The notes under the pieces were generated by a model, which worked only from the letters and a program-made list of their open reading frames with translations, had not been told where the DNA came from and did not search any database. From the human T2T-CHM13v2.0 reference genome, Homo sapiens: a DNA stretch of 64,000 nucleotides. This document shows positions 59,951 through 64,000 of the stretch, in pieces (position 1 is the first letter of the stretch; each line of letters starts with the position of its first letter). Location of the stretch: assembly GCF_009914755.1 (NCBI RefSeq), contig NC_060941.1. The stretch is one strand, 5' to 3'. Made by a program: the position numbers and the translations under genes.

Positions 59951-60902
59951 AAAACACCTGTTCACTAGCAGATCTTCTCCAAAGCTGACTCCCAGTTCTG
60001 AAGGGTATCTTTTAACACTAAGTAAATGGCGAGGAGATTCAAATCACTTGGCCCACTTACAAGTGAAAGTGTTTTCCAAGATCATCCCAGTTTCATTTCT
60101 CCAGGAAGTGGAAACTGTGTCAGCTGAGAAGATCCTAGCACTATTTGGGGGTATCCTTGAGATCTTCTAGATGGTCACGATTAACCCTAAAGCCAGCATC
60201 CACTGTTTTCAAGGCACTGTGCCCTATCAACCAAACACAGATCTTAAGGAGTTTCAAATGTTACAGGGGAGATAAGATATGTATATAAAGAAACAATATG
60301 GAAAGCAGTAAGTATAAGGCACATACAGAAAAAGTACAACTGAAGTTCAAGAAAAGATTTATTTTTGACTTGGAAAGTTGGGAAAGGCCTTGTGGAAAAG
60401 GTAGTCCTCATACTTGGGACTGGAGAGACTGGAGGAAAAAATTGGATGTGAAGAAATAAGTGTCAAAGGAAGGGAAAATTACTACCTGTATTTAAAAAAT
60501 TTTTTGATGGCAACAGTTTTCACATTATGAGGAATGCTACAGAATTCCTCTTGTTTTAGGAGAAATCATGGATGGGTCTTTTGGTTATGAAACGCAAGCC
60601 CTAGGGAAGAGAGGGAAAGTAGAAGTCCAGAGGAAGCTGAATTCCTCTGGAGAAGCCAATAAATCTGTGTCTTTCTTGAGACAGAGATGTTGTTGCAATG
60701 TCAAATGATATTTGTGTCCTTCGGGCAGGCCTCAGAACAGAAGTTCAGGAGGCTTAGAACTCAAAGGAGGAAGGAGGCAATGAAATTCTATGAAAAAGAG
60801 AAGTTAGCAAAGGGCAACATGTTGTGGGTCAAGAAGAGCAGGCCAGTTACCAAATTCCCCATGGCAGGAGCCAACCGACTTCAGCAATGGCGGTACCTAT
60901 TA

Positions 60903-61580
<678 letters not shown>

Positions 61581-61811
61581 GCATGCCATGGGGGAGGCTG
61601 GGAACATGCACTGGAATGCGAGGTTGATTTTTACCCATGAAGCAAATGAAATGACATTTTGTAACATGTCAACCAAAAAGCTAGAAGCCACAGACTCCTG
61701 ACTTGAATATGAAGGGTACCTTGTGTTGAAATTTTTACATTTATTTATTAAGAAACTGTAAAAATTTCAGATTAAAAATTAATAGACTATCAGCACCATA
61801 AGACAGGGTGA

Positions 61812-64000
<2,189 letters not shown>

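Overview
Human (primate) genomic DNA, very Alu-rich (about 70 Alu copies or fragments by my hand count, roughly 30% of the window). The only protein-coding sequence I can support is the last coding exon of YPEL2 (1243-1332, + strand, [29 protein letters not shown]). It is followed by an Alu-free 3'UTR of about 4.5 kb ending at AATAAA 5849. The other ~58 kb is non-coding. It contains Alu, L1, L2 and MIR elements, a MER9 (HERV-K9/HML-3) solo LTR, MaLR LTRs, several hAT DNA-transposon relics, an Alu-free enhancer-like block (27-31 kb) and candidate CTCF sites. Nearly all ORFs in the supplied track are Alu or low-complexity artefacts. I did not find a convincing new biological system. The most unusual observations are rearrangement scars: (1) a 172-bp, 98%-identical inverted copy of nearby DNA inserted into an Alu (12792-12963); (2) an Alu whose target-site duplications enclose 91 bp of extra 5' sequence (56293-56717); (3) a 30-bp Alu-head patch inside an L2 (61401-61430). 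There is also a cluster of NRF2/BACH/Maf ARE motifs. Repeat family names come from recalled consensus sequences, not a RepeatMasker run, and repeat boundaries are approximate.
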